Positions 1-8,978 of a stretch of DNA of 40,691 nucleotides are shown piece by piece. Source of the stretch: a virus (taxonomy: Duplodnaviria; Caudoviricetes); the IMG/VR virus record IMGVR_UViG_3300044667_000092, positions 1 to 40,691 of that record; one strand, given 5' to 3'. The stretch's first letter is position 1. Each line of letters begins with the position of its first letter. Both the position numbers and the translations under genes were made by a program. The notes below the pieces were generated by a model, which saw only the letters and a program-made list of their open reading frames with translations, ran no database searches and was not told the origin of the DNA.

Positions 1-46
1 AGCGGCCGGTATCCCCCCGACCTGCACATCCGCACTGGGAGGGCCT

Positions 47-331
47 GTGAGCGAGCCAGACGGCCTGGCGGCCGCCGCCGCCACCGGATCCCGGCTGACG
101 GCGCTACGGGCCCTCCGGGACCGCCTCGCGGCCGAGATCGACGCGGGCCCGGCACCCCGTGACCTCGCCGCGCTGAGCCGGCAGCTCGCCGACGTCCTCG
201 CGCAGATCGACGGCCTGGCGCCGCCCGAGCAGAAGGGGACGCCGCTCGATGAGCTCGCCAAGCGCCGTGCTGGCCGGGGAGCAGCAGCCCCGGGTGCGGG
301 TCGCGCCGCGGGTCAAGCGGTCCGACGCTGA
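47..331 (+). CDS. terminase small subunit
   Basis: Short helical protein (LRALRDRLAAEID...DLAALSRQL...LDELAKRR) typical of actinophage TerS. First gene; GGGAGG RBS; overlaps the large terminase. Confidence 0.8.
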   Translation: MSEPDGLAAAAATGSRLTALRALRDRLAAEIDAGPAPRDLAALSRQLADVLAQIDGLAPPEQKGTPLDELAKRRAGRGAAAPGAGRAAGQAVRR

Positions 332-1721
332 CGACGCCGAGTTCCTCGCGGCCTCGTACGGCCTGGTCCCGGACGAGTGGCAGCGCCTGGTCCTGGAGGA
401 CTGGCTCGCGGTCCGGCCCGACGGCCGGTGGGCGTCGCTGACGTGCGGGCTGGCAGTGCCAAGGCAGAACGGGAAGAACGCGCTGCTGGAGATCCGCGAG
501 CTGTACGGGATGGTCGTCCTGGGCGAGCGGTTCCTGCACACGGCGCACGAGGTGAAGACGGCCCGGAAGGCGTTCCTGCGGATCGCGTCGTTCTTCGACA
601 ACGAGCGGCGCTGGCCGGAGCTGGCGGAGCTGGTGAAGGAGATCCGCCGCACCAACGGGCAGGAGGCCGTCGTCCTGCACAACGGCGGGTCCGTGGAGTT
701 CGTCGCCCGCTCGAAGGGCAGCGGTCGAGGCTTCACCGTGGACACGCTGGTGATGGACGAGGCGCAGGAGCTCGGCGACGACGCGCTCGAAGCGCTCATG
801 CCGACGACCTCGGCGAGCCCGCTGGGGAATCCGCAATGGATCTTCACCGGGACGCCGCCGGGCCCGACCGCCAACGGCGAGGTGTTCACCCGCACGCGCG
901 CGGAGGCGCTGGAGCGCAAGGGCGGCCGGCTGTGCTGGCACGAGTGGTCCGCCGAGGGTGAGGTCGACCTCGACGACCGGCGGGTGTGGGCGGCGACGAA
1001 CCCGGGCCTGGGGATCCGGTTGCAGTGGGACGTCCTGGAGGGCGAGCGCGCCCGGTTCTCCGATGAGGGGTTCGGGCGCGAGCGGCTCGGCATGTGGGAC
1101 GAGGCGAGCACGTTCCGGGTGATCGACGCGACGACATGGGCGCGGTGCGCCGACTCGACGTCGCAGGTCGCCTCGGAGATCGCGCTGGCGGTCGACACGA
1201 CCCCCGACCAGTCGGTGACGTCGATCGCCATCGCCGGCCACCGCGCCGACGGGCTCCCGCACGTCGAGGTGATCGAGAACCGGCGGGGCCCGCTGGACTG
1301 GGTCGTGCCGCGGCTGGTCGAGCTCGTCGGGCGTCACCGGCCGCGGGCGCTGGTGATCGACGAGTACTCCCCGGCGATGGTCCTGGTGGACGACCTGAAG
1401 AAGGCGAAGGTCATCGTCACGGTGACCAAGACGCGGGACATGGTGGCCGCGTGCGGGTCGCTGTACAGCGCCGTCATGTCCGGCGCCGTCCGGCACATCG
1501 ACCAGCCGCTGCTGAACACGGCGCTGAGCGTGGCGCGCAAGAGGCAGGTGGGCGACGGCGGCGGCTGGGCGTGGCACCGCCGCGACGTCGAGGACGACAT
1601 CACGCCGCTGGTCTCGGCGACGCTGGCCCTGTGGGGGGTCGGCGCGGACAAGAGCAAGGTGAAGCGGCCGAAGCGCAGGGCAGGCCGAGGTGGCGGCGAC
1701 CGGAGGGCGGTGATGCTGTGA
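249..1721 (+). CDS. terL: terminase large subunit
   Basis: Walker A-like VPRQNGKN, SGRG motif, Walker B LVMDEAQ, coupling motif TGTPP, C-terminal nuclease acidic residues (AVD...DDITPLVS). Confidence 0.95.
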   Translation: MSSPSAVLAGEQQPRVRVAPRVKRSDADDAEFLAASYGLVPDEWQRLVLEDWLAVRPDGRWASLTCGLAVPRQNGKNALLEIRELYGMVVLGERFLHTAHEVKTARKAFLRIASFFDNERRWPELAELVKEIRRTNGQEAVVLHNGGSVEFVARSKGSGRGFTVDTLVMDEAQELGDDALEALMPTTSASPLGNPQWIFTGTPPGPTANGEVFTRTRAEALERKGGRLCWHEWSAEGEVDLDDRRVWAATNPGLGIRLQWDVLEGERARFSDEGFGRERLGMWDEASTFRVIDATTWARCADSTSQVASEIALAVDTTPDQSVTSIAIAGHRADGLPHVEVIENRRGPLDWVVPRLVELVGRHRPRALVIDEYSPAMVLVDDLKKAKVIVTVTKTRDMVAACGSLYSAVMSGAVRHIDQPLLNTALSVARKRQVGDGGGWAWHRRDVEDDITPLVSATLALWGVGADKSKVKRPKRRAGRGGGDRRAVML

Positions 1722-3160
1722 TCGAGCGAATCACCCTGCCGGGCGTGGACGACGACGACAACGCCACCTTGCACCGGCTGATGACGCAGCTCGACGCCAA
1801 GGCCGACCGCAACAACCTGCGGTCGGCGTACTACGACATGAAGCACCTGGCGAAGCTGATCGGGTCGGTGATCCCGCCGCAGTACTTCCGGCTCGGCATC
1901 GTGCTGGGCTGGTCCGGCAAGGCCGTGGACATCCTCGCCCGCCGCTGCAACCTCGACGGGTTCGTGTGGCCGGACGGGGACCTGGGGTCGCTGGGCTGGC
2001 GCGAGGTGTGGGAGGGCAACAACCTGCGGTCGGAGGTGTCGCAGGGGTTCGTCTCCTCGCTGATCCACTCGACGGCGTTCATCGTCAACACCCAGGGCGG
2101 GCCGGACGAGCCGCCCGGCCTGATCCACTTCCGGGACGCGCGCAACGCGACCGGCGAGTGGAACGCCCGCACGCGGCGCCTGGACAACCTGCTGTCCGTC
2201 ACCGCCCGCGACGAGGACGGCCGGCCGACGGCGCTGACGCTGTACCTGGACGGCCGCACCATCACCGCCGCCAAGGACTCCTCCGGCTGGACGGTCGACG
2301 AGCAGGAGCACGCGTGGGGCGTGCCGGCCGAGCCGCTGCCCTACCGGCCGCGCCTCGACAGGCCGTTCGGGTCGTCGCGGATCTCCCGCGAGGTCATGAA
2401 CCTCCAGGACCAGGCGACGCGGGCGCTGATCCGCCTGGAGGCGCACTCGGACATCTATGCGATCCCGGACCTGTGGATGCTCGGCGCGGACGCGTCGATC
2501 TTCAAGAACGCCGACGGCACGCTGCAGCAGGCGTGGCAGGTCGTGATGGGCCGCATCAAGGGCATCCCGGACGACGAGGACGCCGAGAACCCCCGCGCCG
2601 ACGTCAAGCAGTTCCCCGCCTCGTCGCCCGAGCCGCACCTCGCGAGCCTGAACGCGTACGCGAAGATGTTCGCCCGCGCGACGAGCCTGCCGGACACGGC
2701 GGTCGCGATCACCGACCTGTCGAACCCGACGAGCGCCGAAGCCTACGACGCCTCGCAGTACGAGCTGATCGCCGAGGCCGAGGGGGCGACCGACGACGGA
2801 TCGCCGTACCTGCGGCGCGCGGTGGTGCGCGCGCTCGCGATGGCCAACGACATCCCGGCCGACAAGGTCCCGCCGGAGTGGGCGACGATCGCGCCGCGCT
2901 GGCGCGACCCCCGATACCTGTCGCGGGCGGCGCAGGCCGACGCCGGCATGAAGCAGCTCACCGCGATTCCGTGGCTGGCCGACACCGAAGTGGGCCTGGA
3001 GCTCCTCGGCCTGGACGAGCAGCAGATCGCCCGCGCCCTGGCGGACCGGCGCCGCGCCGACGCGCAGCAGCGCCTGACCGCGCTCGCCGCCGCGGCGCAG
3101 GCCGCCCGCCAGAACCCGGCGGTCGCCGCACTGGGTGAGCAGCGTGGCGACGGCGGTTGA
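1718..3160 (+). CDS. portal protein
   Basis: GTG at 1718 overlaps the terL stop (GTGA). Position after terL and motifs YYDMKH, LGWSGKAVD, RPFGSSRI resemble SPP1 gp6-like actinophage portals. The ORF-track start at 1094 is an upstream extension. Confidence 0.9.
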   Translation: MIERITLPGVDDDDNATLHRLMTQLDAKADRNNLRSAYYDMKHLAKLIGSVIPPQYFRLGIVLGWSGKAVDILARRCNLDGFVWPDGDLGSLGWREVWEGNNLRSEVSQGFVSSLIHSTAFIVNTQGGPDEPPGLIHFRDARNATGEWNARTRRLDNLLSVTARDEDGRPTALTLYLDGRTITAAKDSSGWTVDEQEHAWGVPAEPLPYRPRLDRPFGSSRISREVMNLQDQATRALIRLEAHSDIYAIPDLWMLGADASIFKNADGTLQQAWQVVMGRIKGIPDDEDAENPRADVKQFPASSPEPHLASLNAYAKMFARATSLPDTAVAITDLSNPTSAEAYDASQYELIAEAEGATDDGSPYLRRAVVRALAMANDIPADKVPPEWATIAPRWRDPRYLSRAAQADAGMKQLTAIPWLADTEVGLELLGLDEQQIARALADRRRADAQQRLTALAAAAQAARQNPAVAALGEQRGDGG

Positions 3161-3848
3161 GGTCGCCTCGTACGCGGCCGCGCAGGACGACGTGGTCGCG
3201 CTCGCGCACGCCGACCTCGTCCGCTGGTGGGCGGAACTGGACGTCTCTGACGGCCGGGCGGCGGCCGCGGCGCTGGAGTCGTTCATGTCGGAGCTGACGG
3301 CCGCGTACGGGAGCGTGGCCGCGGCTCTGGCCGCCGACTTCTACGACCAGCTCCGCGAGGGCGCCGGCGCCCCGAACCTGTTCCGCGCGAACCTCGCCGA
3401 CCCAGCCCCGCCCCCTCAGGTCGAGGCGGCGGCCCGCTGGGCGGCCGGGCCGCTGTTCGGCGGCGAGGGCCCGAACGCGGCGCTGGATCACGCGGCGGGC
3501 GCCGTGCAGCGCCTCGTCGTCCAGCCCGCCCGCGACACGATCGCGCTGAACGTGCGCCGCGACCCGGCCCGCCCCGGGTGGGCCCGGGTGCCGCGCGGCA
3601 AGGGGTGCGCGTTCTGCCGGATGCTCGCGGGCCGCGGCGCCGTGTACTCCTCGGCGAAGGCCGCCGGCGAGATGCGCGCCTTCCACGACCACTGCAAATG
3701 CCAGGCGGTGCCGGTGTGGCGCGGGCAGAAGCTGCCCTACGACGCCGACGAGCTGGAGCAGCAGTACCGGGCCGCCCGCAAGAACGCCGGTAGTGGCAGC
3801 ACGAAAGCGGTCCTCGCGCAGCTACGGCAGGACGAGGGCATCCGCTAG
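3135..3848 (+). CDS. MuF-like minor capsid / capsid maturation protein
   Basis: WARVP...CAFCRMLAGRG...HDHCKC motif; lies between portal and scaffold. Confidence 0.75.
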   Translation: MSSVATAVEVASYAAAQDDVVALAHADLVRWWAELDVSDGRAAAAALESFMSELTAAYGSVAAALAADFYDQLREGAGAPNLFRANLADPAPPPQVEAAARWAAGPLFGGEGPNAALDHAAGAVQRLVVQPARDTIALNVRRDPARPGWARVPRGKGCAFCRMLAGRGAVYSSAKAAGEMRAFHDHCKCQAVPVWRGQKLPYDADELEQQYRAARKNAGSGSTKAVLAQLRQDEGIR

Positions 3849-3917
3849 AGACTTCCCCGCCCTGGACGGCGGGGCTACGCCGACGCGCAGCGGTCAATGC
3901 GCGGTTGCGAGGAACTG

Positions 3918-4424
3918 ATGAGTGAAGCACCGACGGGCGAGCCGAACGGCGGACAGGAAGCCGGGGAGACGCCACCCGAGGCCAAGCCCGAGTTCACGCC
4001 GATCACGTCGCAGGACGACCTGAACCGCATCATTGCCGAGCGGGTCCAGCGGGAGCGCGGCAAGTACGCCGACTACAAGGACCTGAAGGCTAAGGCCGCC
4101 AGGCTCGACGAGATCGAGGAAGCGAACAAGACCGAGGCGCAGAAGGCGGCGGAACGGCTGGCCAAGGCCGAGCAGACCGCCCGGGACGCCGAGGCCCGCG
4201 CGCTGCGCCGTGAGATCGCCCTGGAGCACCAGCTCGGCAAGGACGACGCGGCGCTGCTCGACGCCCTCACCGACGAGGACAAGATGCGCGCCCTGGCCGC
4301 ACGACTGGCCGCCGGGACCGGCAAGAAGAGCAACTACGTGCCCCGCGAGGGCAGCAACCCCGCCGTGACCGGCGCAGGCGACGAACGCGAGGCCGTTCGC
4401 GGACTGTTCGGGTCGGGCGGATAA
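3918..4424 (+). CDS. capsid scaffolding protein
   Basis: Acidic N-terminus, then ITSQDDLNRIIAERVQRER...YADYKDLKAKA coiled coil. GAGGAA RBS before ATG 3918; immediately upstream of the capsid gene. Confidence 0.85.
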   Translation: MSEAPTGEPNGGQEAGETPPEAKPEFTPITSQDDLNRIIAERVQRERGKYADYKDLKAKAARLDEIEEANKTEAQKAAERLAKAEQTARDAEARALRREIALEHQLGKDDAALLDALTDEDKMRALAARLAAGTGKKSNYVPREGSNPAVTGAGDEREAVRGLFGSGG

Positions 4425-4443
4425 CCCGAGAGGAAACCTGGTC

Positions 4444-5361
4444 ATGGCCGTTTTCGGCACCGCTGACGCCAAGGTTCTCATGCCGCGGAACATCGCCGAC
4501 GGCATGATCACGGCGTCCCGTTCCACCTCCGTCGTCGGACGGCTGTCCGGCCGCGAGCCGATGCGCTTCGGCGAGGTGGACTACATCACCTTCAACGACT
4601 TCCCCAAGGCCGAGTTCGTCGAGGAGGGCGCGAACAAGGCCAGCACGACGGGCGCGTTCGACTCCGTGACCGCCAAGCCGCACAAGGCGCAGGTCACGAT
4701 GCGGTTCAACGAGGAAGTCCAGTGGCTGGACGAGGACTACCAGCTCGGCGTGCTGCGCGAGCTGGGCGACGCGGGCGGCGTCGCGCTGTCCCGGGCGCTG
4801 GACCTGGGCCTGATCCACCGGATCAACCCGCTGACCGGGACCGTGATCAGCGGCTGGGACAACTACGTCACGGCCACCACCAAGCGGGTGGAGATCAACA
4901 CCGCCGACGCGGACGCCGACTTCAAGGCGGCCGTCGGGCTGCTGCTCACCGCCTCGCCGTCGTGGCCCGTCAACGGCGCCGCGTTCGACCCGAAGTTCTC
5001 CTGGGCGCTGGCCAACCTCATGGCCCGCGACGGCTCCGGCCCGACCTCGCAGCAGCGGTACCCGAGCCTGGGCTTCGGCACGAACGTCACCGACTTCATG
5101 GGTGTCCCCGTCGCCCAGGGCGACACCGTGTCCGGCACCCCCGAGGCGGCCGACACCAAGGTCCGCGCGATCGTCGGCGACTGGCAGAGCGGCATCCGGT
5201 GGGGCGTGCAGCGGCAGCTCCCCGTCGAGATCATCCGCTACGGCGACCCGGACGGGCAGGGCGACCTGAAGCGCAAGAACCAGATCGCGCTCCGCATGGA
5301 GATCGTCTACGGCTGGTACGTCTTCGTGGAGCGGTTCGCCGTCGTCGAGGACGCCGTCTGA
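4444..5361 (+). CDS. major capsid protein (HK97 fold)
   Basis: 305 aa; AEFVEEGANK, IVGDW, DLKRKNQIALRMEIVYGW motifs typical of actinophage capsids; synteny. Confidence 0.93.
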   Translation: MAVFGTADAKVLMPRNIADGMITASRSTSVVGRLSGREPMRFGEVDYITFNDFPKAEFVEEGANKASTTGAFDSVTAKPHKAQVTMRFNEEVQWLDEDYQLGVLRELGDAGGVALSRALDLGLIHRINPLTGTVISGWDNYVTATTKRVEINTADADADFKAAVGLLLTASPSWPVNGAAFDPKFSWALANLMARDGSGPTSQQRYPSLGFGTNVTDFMGVPVAQGDTVSGTPEAADTKVRAIVGDWQSGIRWGVQRQLPVEIIRYGDPDGQGDLKRKNQIALRMEIVYGWYVFVERFAVVEDAV

Positions 5362-5606
5362 TGCCGCGGCTGCGCAACCTCAGCACGCAGGTCGTCGTGA
5401 ACGTGGACGACGACACCGCCGCGCGGCTCGTCTCCGAAGGCTGGAAGGCGGCCGACGAGCCGACCGGCGGGTACGAGGCGATGAAGGTCGCGGACCTGCG
5501 CGCCGAGATCGCACGCCGCAACGAGGGTCGCGACGAGGCCGACCGGCTGCCCGACGACGGGCGCAAGGCCGACCTGATCGCGGCCCTCGAAGCCGACGAC
5601 GAGTAG
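5361..5606 (+). CDS. small capsid-associated protein with C-terminal helix-extension-helix (SAP/Rho-N-like) segment
   Basis: ATG overlaps the capsid stop (TGATG). MPRLRNLST... followed by YEAMKVADLRAEIARR...RKADLIAALEADD. Confidence 0.65.
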   Translation: MPRLRNLSTQVVVNVDDDTAARLVSEGWKAADEPTGGYEAMKVADLRAEIARRNEGRDEADRLPDDGRKADLIAALEADDE

Positions 5607-5617
5607 CAGGAGGCGCT

Positions 5618-6088
5618 GTGGCCGAGATCATCAAGGTCGAGGACCTGCCCGCGGAGCTGCGGTCCAAGGACCTGATCGCGGACATGGTCGCCGGCGCGAA
5701 CGCGAAGGCGTCACGGGTCGCCCCGTGCCTGGACTCGACCGACCCGCCGCCCACGGCCGGGCAGCTCGCCGAGGCGAAGCTGATCCTGCTCGGCGCGGTG
5801 AAACGCTGGACCGAGGCGGGGTCGGGCGCGTTCCAGCAGCAGACGGCCGGGCCGTTCTCGGTGAGCACCGACACCCGCCAGCGGTCCGGCTACAACCTGT
5901 GGCCATCGGAGATCGAGGCGCTGCAGGCCCTGTGCAAGTCGGCGCCGACGGCCGCGTTCAGCGTCGACACGGCGCCGGGCTGCGCGCTCCAGCATTCGCC
6001 GATCTGCGCCCTGGTGTTCGGCGCCGCGTACTGCTCGTGCGGCGCGGACCTCACCCTCGCCGGGCCGCTGTACGAGGACGTTCCGTGA
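5618..6088 (+). CDS. head-to-tail adaptor
   Basis: ASRVAPCL, QQQTAGPFS, LWPSEIEALQALC pattern; synteny; AGGAGG RBS. Confidence 0.8.
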   Translation: MAEIIKVEDLPAELRSKDLIADMVAGANAKASRVAPCLDSTDPPPTAGQLAEAKLILLGAVKRWTEAGSGAFQQQTAGPFSVSTDTRQRSGYNLWPSEIEALQALCKSAPTAAFSVDTAPGCALQHSPICALVFGAAYCSCGADLTLAGPLYEDVP

Positions 6089-6426
6089 ACTTCCCGTACG
6101 GGGAGACGGTCGTGCGGATCCGCTCCGCCGGGCGCGACCAGTTCGGCGACCCGACCGGGCCCGCTGTGCCGGACCTGTCGATCCCCGGCTGCGCGGTCGC
6201 GCCGCGGCAGGCGGGCGAGCAGATCGGCCAGGGCCGCATCGCGGTCACGTCCGGTCTGACGCTGTACGTGCCGCCCGGCCCGGACATCCTGCCGTCCGAC
6301 CGGATCGAGGTCCGGGGTGTCGTGTACGAGGTCGAGGGCGAGCCGGCCGAGTGGCGGTCGCCGTTCACCGGGTGGGAGCCCGGCCGCGAGGTCCAGCTCA
6401 CCCGCGTCGAGGAAGGGGCCGCGTGA
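6085..6426 (+). CDS. head-to-tail stopper
   Basis: GTG overlaps the upstream stop. DQFGDP...DILPSDRIEVRGVVYEVEGEP..WRSPFTGW pattern. Confidence 0.8.
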   Translation: MNFPYGETVVRIRSAGRDQFGDPTGPAVPDLSIPGCAVAPRQAGEQIGQGRIAVTSGLTLYVPPGPDILPSDRIEVRGVVYEVEGEPAEWRSPFTGWEPGREVQLTRVEEGAA

Positions 6427-6713
6427 TGGCGAGCGACCGTGCCCGATACCAGCCGAACAGGCGGGAGATGCGGCGGCTCATGCAGTCCGCCGAGATCGCC
6501 AAGCTCTGCGAGCAGGCGGCCGAGAACGCCAAGAAGTACGCCGAGGGCATCGCACCCCGCGAGACCGGCACCTACGCCGCCTCGTTCGAGGTCGAGACCC
6601 GGATCGTCGGCGACCGGCAGACCGCGGTCCTGATGAACACCGTCAAGTACGCGAACGTCCTGGAACAGAAGCACCGCGTTCTGGGACGGGCCGTCGACCA
6701 CGCCAAGCCATGA
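6426..6713 (+). CDS. neck / tail-completion protein (HK97 gp10-like)
   Basis: APRETGTYAASF...YANVLE...HRVLGRA pattern; TGATG coupling; synteny. Confidence 0.7.
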   Translation: MASDRARYQPNRREMRRLMQSAEIAKLCEQAAENAKKYAEGIAPRETGTYAASFEVETRIVGDRQTAVLMNTVKYANVLEQKHRVLGRAVDHAKP

Positions 6714-7093
6714 CCGACCTCGCGCCGTACAGCGACGTCGAGCGGATGCTCGTGGACGTCCTGGCCGACTTCGGCGAGACAGGCACGGTGCTGCCGACCG
6801 ACCTGGCCGGAAAGCTGCCGTTCGTGCGGCCGCGCCGGATCGGCGGCGCCGACGACGGGGTCACCGATCAGGCGCGCGTCGTGGTCGACGTGTTCGCGGG
6901 CACACGCGCGCAGGCGTGGGACGTGGCCCGGCGGCTGCAGCAGCGCATGATCTCCGGCCCCCGGCGCGTGCCGGGGCTGGGGGTCATCGACCGCGCGACC
7001 ACGAACGTCGGCCCGCAGGACGCGCCCTATGAGGATCAGCGGGTCCGCTGCGTGACCGCGATCTACGACGTGTCGTCCCGCCGCCCACGCTGA
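6710..7093 (+). CDS. tail terminator
   Basis: MTDLAPYSDVERMLV...LPFVRPRRIGG..D...VVVDVFA pattern; directly before the major tail gene. Confidence 0.75.
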   Translation: MTDLAPYSDVERMLVDVLADFGETGTVLPTDLAGKLPFVRPRRIGGADDGVTDQARVVVDVFAGTRAQAWDVARRLQQRMISGPRRVPGLGVIDRATTNVGPQDAPYEDQRVRCVTAIYDVSSRRPR

Positions 7094-7156
7094 CCGATCA
7101 AGCCCGCCCGGCTCCATCGCCCCACGGGGGCACCCGCACATGAGAGGAGACGGGCC

Positions 7157-7813
7157 ATGCCCGCCTGGGACGAGTTGAAGAAGCACCAGAACCACCTGAT
7201 CCGCAAGGCGCTCGAAGGGTCGGTGTTCGCCGCGCCGATCACCGCGCCGGCGGTGACGGCGCTGACCGACACCACGTCCGAACTGCTCGACCTGCCGACC
7301 GGCTACGTGGACCTGGGGTTCATGTCCGACGACGGCGCGCAGTTCTCCAGCGACATCGACTCCTCCGACGTCACCTCCTGGGGGTCGGTGGAGCCGACGC
7401 GCCGCGACATCACCCAGGACGTCACGACGCTGCAGGGCTTCTTCCAGGAGACCAACAAGATGACCGTCGCGCTCTACACGGGCGTGGACGCCGCCTCGCT
7501 CACGCCGTCCGCGACGTCCGGCGAGCTGATGATCGACAAGCCCGACCGGCCCGCCAGCAGGCACTACCGCATCCTGACGATCGGCGTGGACCTGGCCGAC
7601 GCGGGCGAGATCTACGTCGCCCGTTTCCTGCCCCGCGCGTCGGTCACCGACAAGGACGACCAGAACTTCCAGAGCGGCGACGACCCGCTCGGCTGGCCCG
7701 TCACCATGACCGCCTACAAGGACTCCGCGCTCGGCACGTCCGAGCGGTACTTCTTCGGCGGCCCCGGCTGGAAGGCGCTGCTCGCCGACATGGGCTTCAC
7801 GACCACGCCGTGA
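7157..7813 (+). CDS. major tail protein
   Basis: YVDLGFMSDDG, DVTSWGSVEPTRRDI, FFGGPGW motifs; GAGGAG RBS; synteny. Confidence 0.88.
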   Translation: MPAWDELKKHQNHLIRKALEGSVFAAPITAPAVTALTDTTSELLDLPTGYVDLGFMSDDGAQFSSDIDSSDVTSWGSVEPTRRDITQDVTTLQGFFQETNKMTVALYTGVDAASLTPSATSGELMIDKPDRPASRHYRILTIGVDLADAGEIYVARFLPRASVTDKDDQNFQSGDDPLGWPVTMTAYKDSALGTSERYFFGGPGWKALLADMGFTTTP

Positions 7814-7818
7814 CGACT

Positions 7819-7857
7819 CCGCGGCGCCGGTCTGCCGGGCGGGCGCCGGCGCCGCGG
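7819..7857 (+). terminator. GC-rich hairpin after major tail gene
   Basis: CCGCGGCGCCGG (7819-7830) pairs with CCGGCGCCGCGG (7846-7857). Confidence 0.5.
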
Positions 7858-7889
7858 CTCCCCCCTTGCCCGCCCGCGAGGAGGTCCCC

Positions 7890-8063
7890 ATGGCCGAGAT
7901 GTACGTGTCGCCCGACGGTGGGTCGCGGATGCGGATCGCGTCCGCCGAGACGGCGACCCGGATGCGCGCCCGCGGCTGGCGCCCGGAGTCCGAGTCCGAG
8001 TCCGCCCCCGAGGCGAAGCCCGCCCCCAAGCCCGCCCCCAAGTCCAAGTCCGACGAGTCCTGA
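7890..8063 (+). CDS. small hypothetical protein
   Basis: Strong GAGGAGG RBS and GC-rich third codon positions; Pro/Lys/Glu-rich tail. Confidence 0.65.
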   Translation: MAEMYVSPDGGSRMRIASAETATRMRARGWRPESESESAPEAKPAPKPAPKSKSDES

Positions 8064-8084
8064 CCCTCGACAAGGAGCCCGCCC

Positions 8085-8471
8085 ATGCCTCCGCGTAGCC
8101 GTTCCGGCAACCCCGCCGTCCGCGCCGCCGCCAAGAAGTCCGCCGCCAAGACCAAGACGGGCACGTACTCCCTCGCCAACTACCGCCGGGAGGCGGGCGG
8201 CGAGCCGTTCCCGCTGGAGCTCGACGACGGCGAGGTCATCGAGATCCCGCGCCCGACCGGCGACGTGATGATGGAGCTCGGCGAGAAGTACGGCGCGGCA
8301 CAGAGAGGCGACAGCCTCCCCATCAAGGAAGTGCTGCAGGATCTGCTCGGCGACCACTACGACACGGTCATGCCGATCATCGGGGCCGAGGACTTCCAGG
8401 TCATGATCAAGTTCCTGGAAGACCTGTCGGAGCACTTCGGCCTGGGGGAAGCGCTCGCCTCGCTTCGCTGA
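8085..8471 (+). CDS. tail assembly chaperone (short form)
   Basis: AAGGAG RBS; EPFPLELDDGEVIEIPRP; ends with HFGLGE over a slippery G GGG GAA. Confidence 0.85.
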   Translation: MPPRSRSGNPAVRAAAKKSAAKTKTGTYSLANYRREAGGEPFPLELDDGEVIEIPRPTGDVMMELGEKYGAAQRGDSLPIKEVLQDLLGDHYDTVMPIIGAEDFQVMIKFLEDLSEHFGLGEALASLR

Positions 8472-8977
8472 TCTCCCGCTACGGAGACGCGATCGAGGCC
8501 GACCTGCGCATCCACTGCAACGGCGTCGACATGCTCGACGTCTGGCGCGGGAAGATCACGCCGCGCCAGGTGCTCGGCCTGCTCGACCGGCTGCCCCGGC
8601 ACAGCCACCTCGCGGCGGCGATGGCCGATGACGACGACCTCGCCGACCTGATCGACGAGGACGCCCCGCCACCGCCGCCGCCGCTGACGGACTTCTCCGC
8701 CGACCACCAGATGCTGACGCTCATCGCCGACCGGCTCGGCGAGCTGCTGCACCTGACGGCCGCGGCGAACTCCAGCAAGAAGCCTCCGCCGTACCGGCAT
8801 CTGCCGCGCCCGGAGACGGCGCTGCAGCGCAAGGCGCGCCGCCGGCGGCAGGCGAAGCGGGACCTGATCGCCGACCGGCTCGCCGCAGCGCGCGCCGCCG
8901 GACGGCCCACCATGTCCGACCTCACCGCCGACCCCACGCACGCACTGACCGCGCCGCGGCGCCGAGACGGGAGGTGA
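8444..8977 (+). CDS. tail assembly chaperone, -1 frameshift extension
   Basis: The -1 frame from G GGG GAA (8444-8450) is open to 8977 and reads [35 protein letters not shown]..., typical of the G-T fusion C-terminus. Confidence 0.8.
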   Translation, partial: GGSARLASLISRYGDAIEADLRIHCNGVDMLDVWRGKITPRQVLGLLDRLPRHSHLAAAMADDDDLADLIDEDAPPPPPPLTDFSADHQMLTLIADRLGELLHLTAAANSSKKPPPYRHLPRPETALQRKARRRRQAKRDLIADRLAAARAAGRPTMSDLTADPTHALTAPRRRDGR

Positions 8978-8978
8978 C

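Noticed and set aside
1094-1717. N-terminal extension of the portal ORF as given in the ORF track
   Set aside because: Overlaps terL out of frame and is low-complexity; the real start is the coupled GTG at 1718. The same applies to extended starts of the 13403, 16109, 29408 and 34181 ORFs.
7985-8060. Short tandem repeats GAGTCC and AAGCCCGCCCCC
   Set aside because: They simply encode the ES and KPAP low-complexity tail of a small protein.
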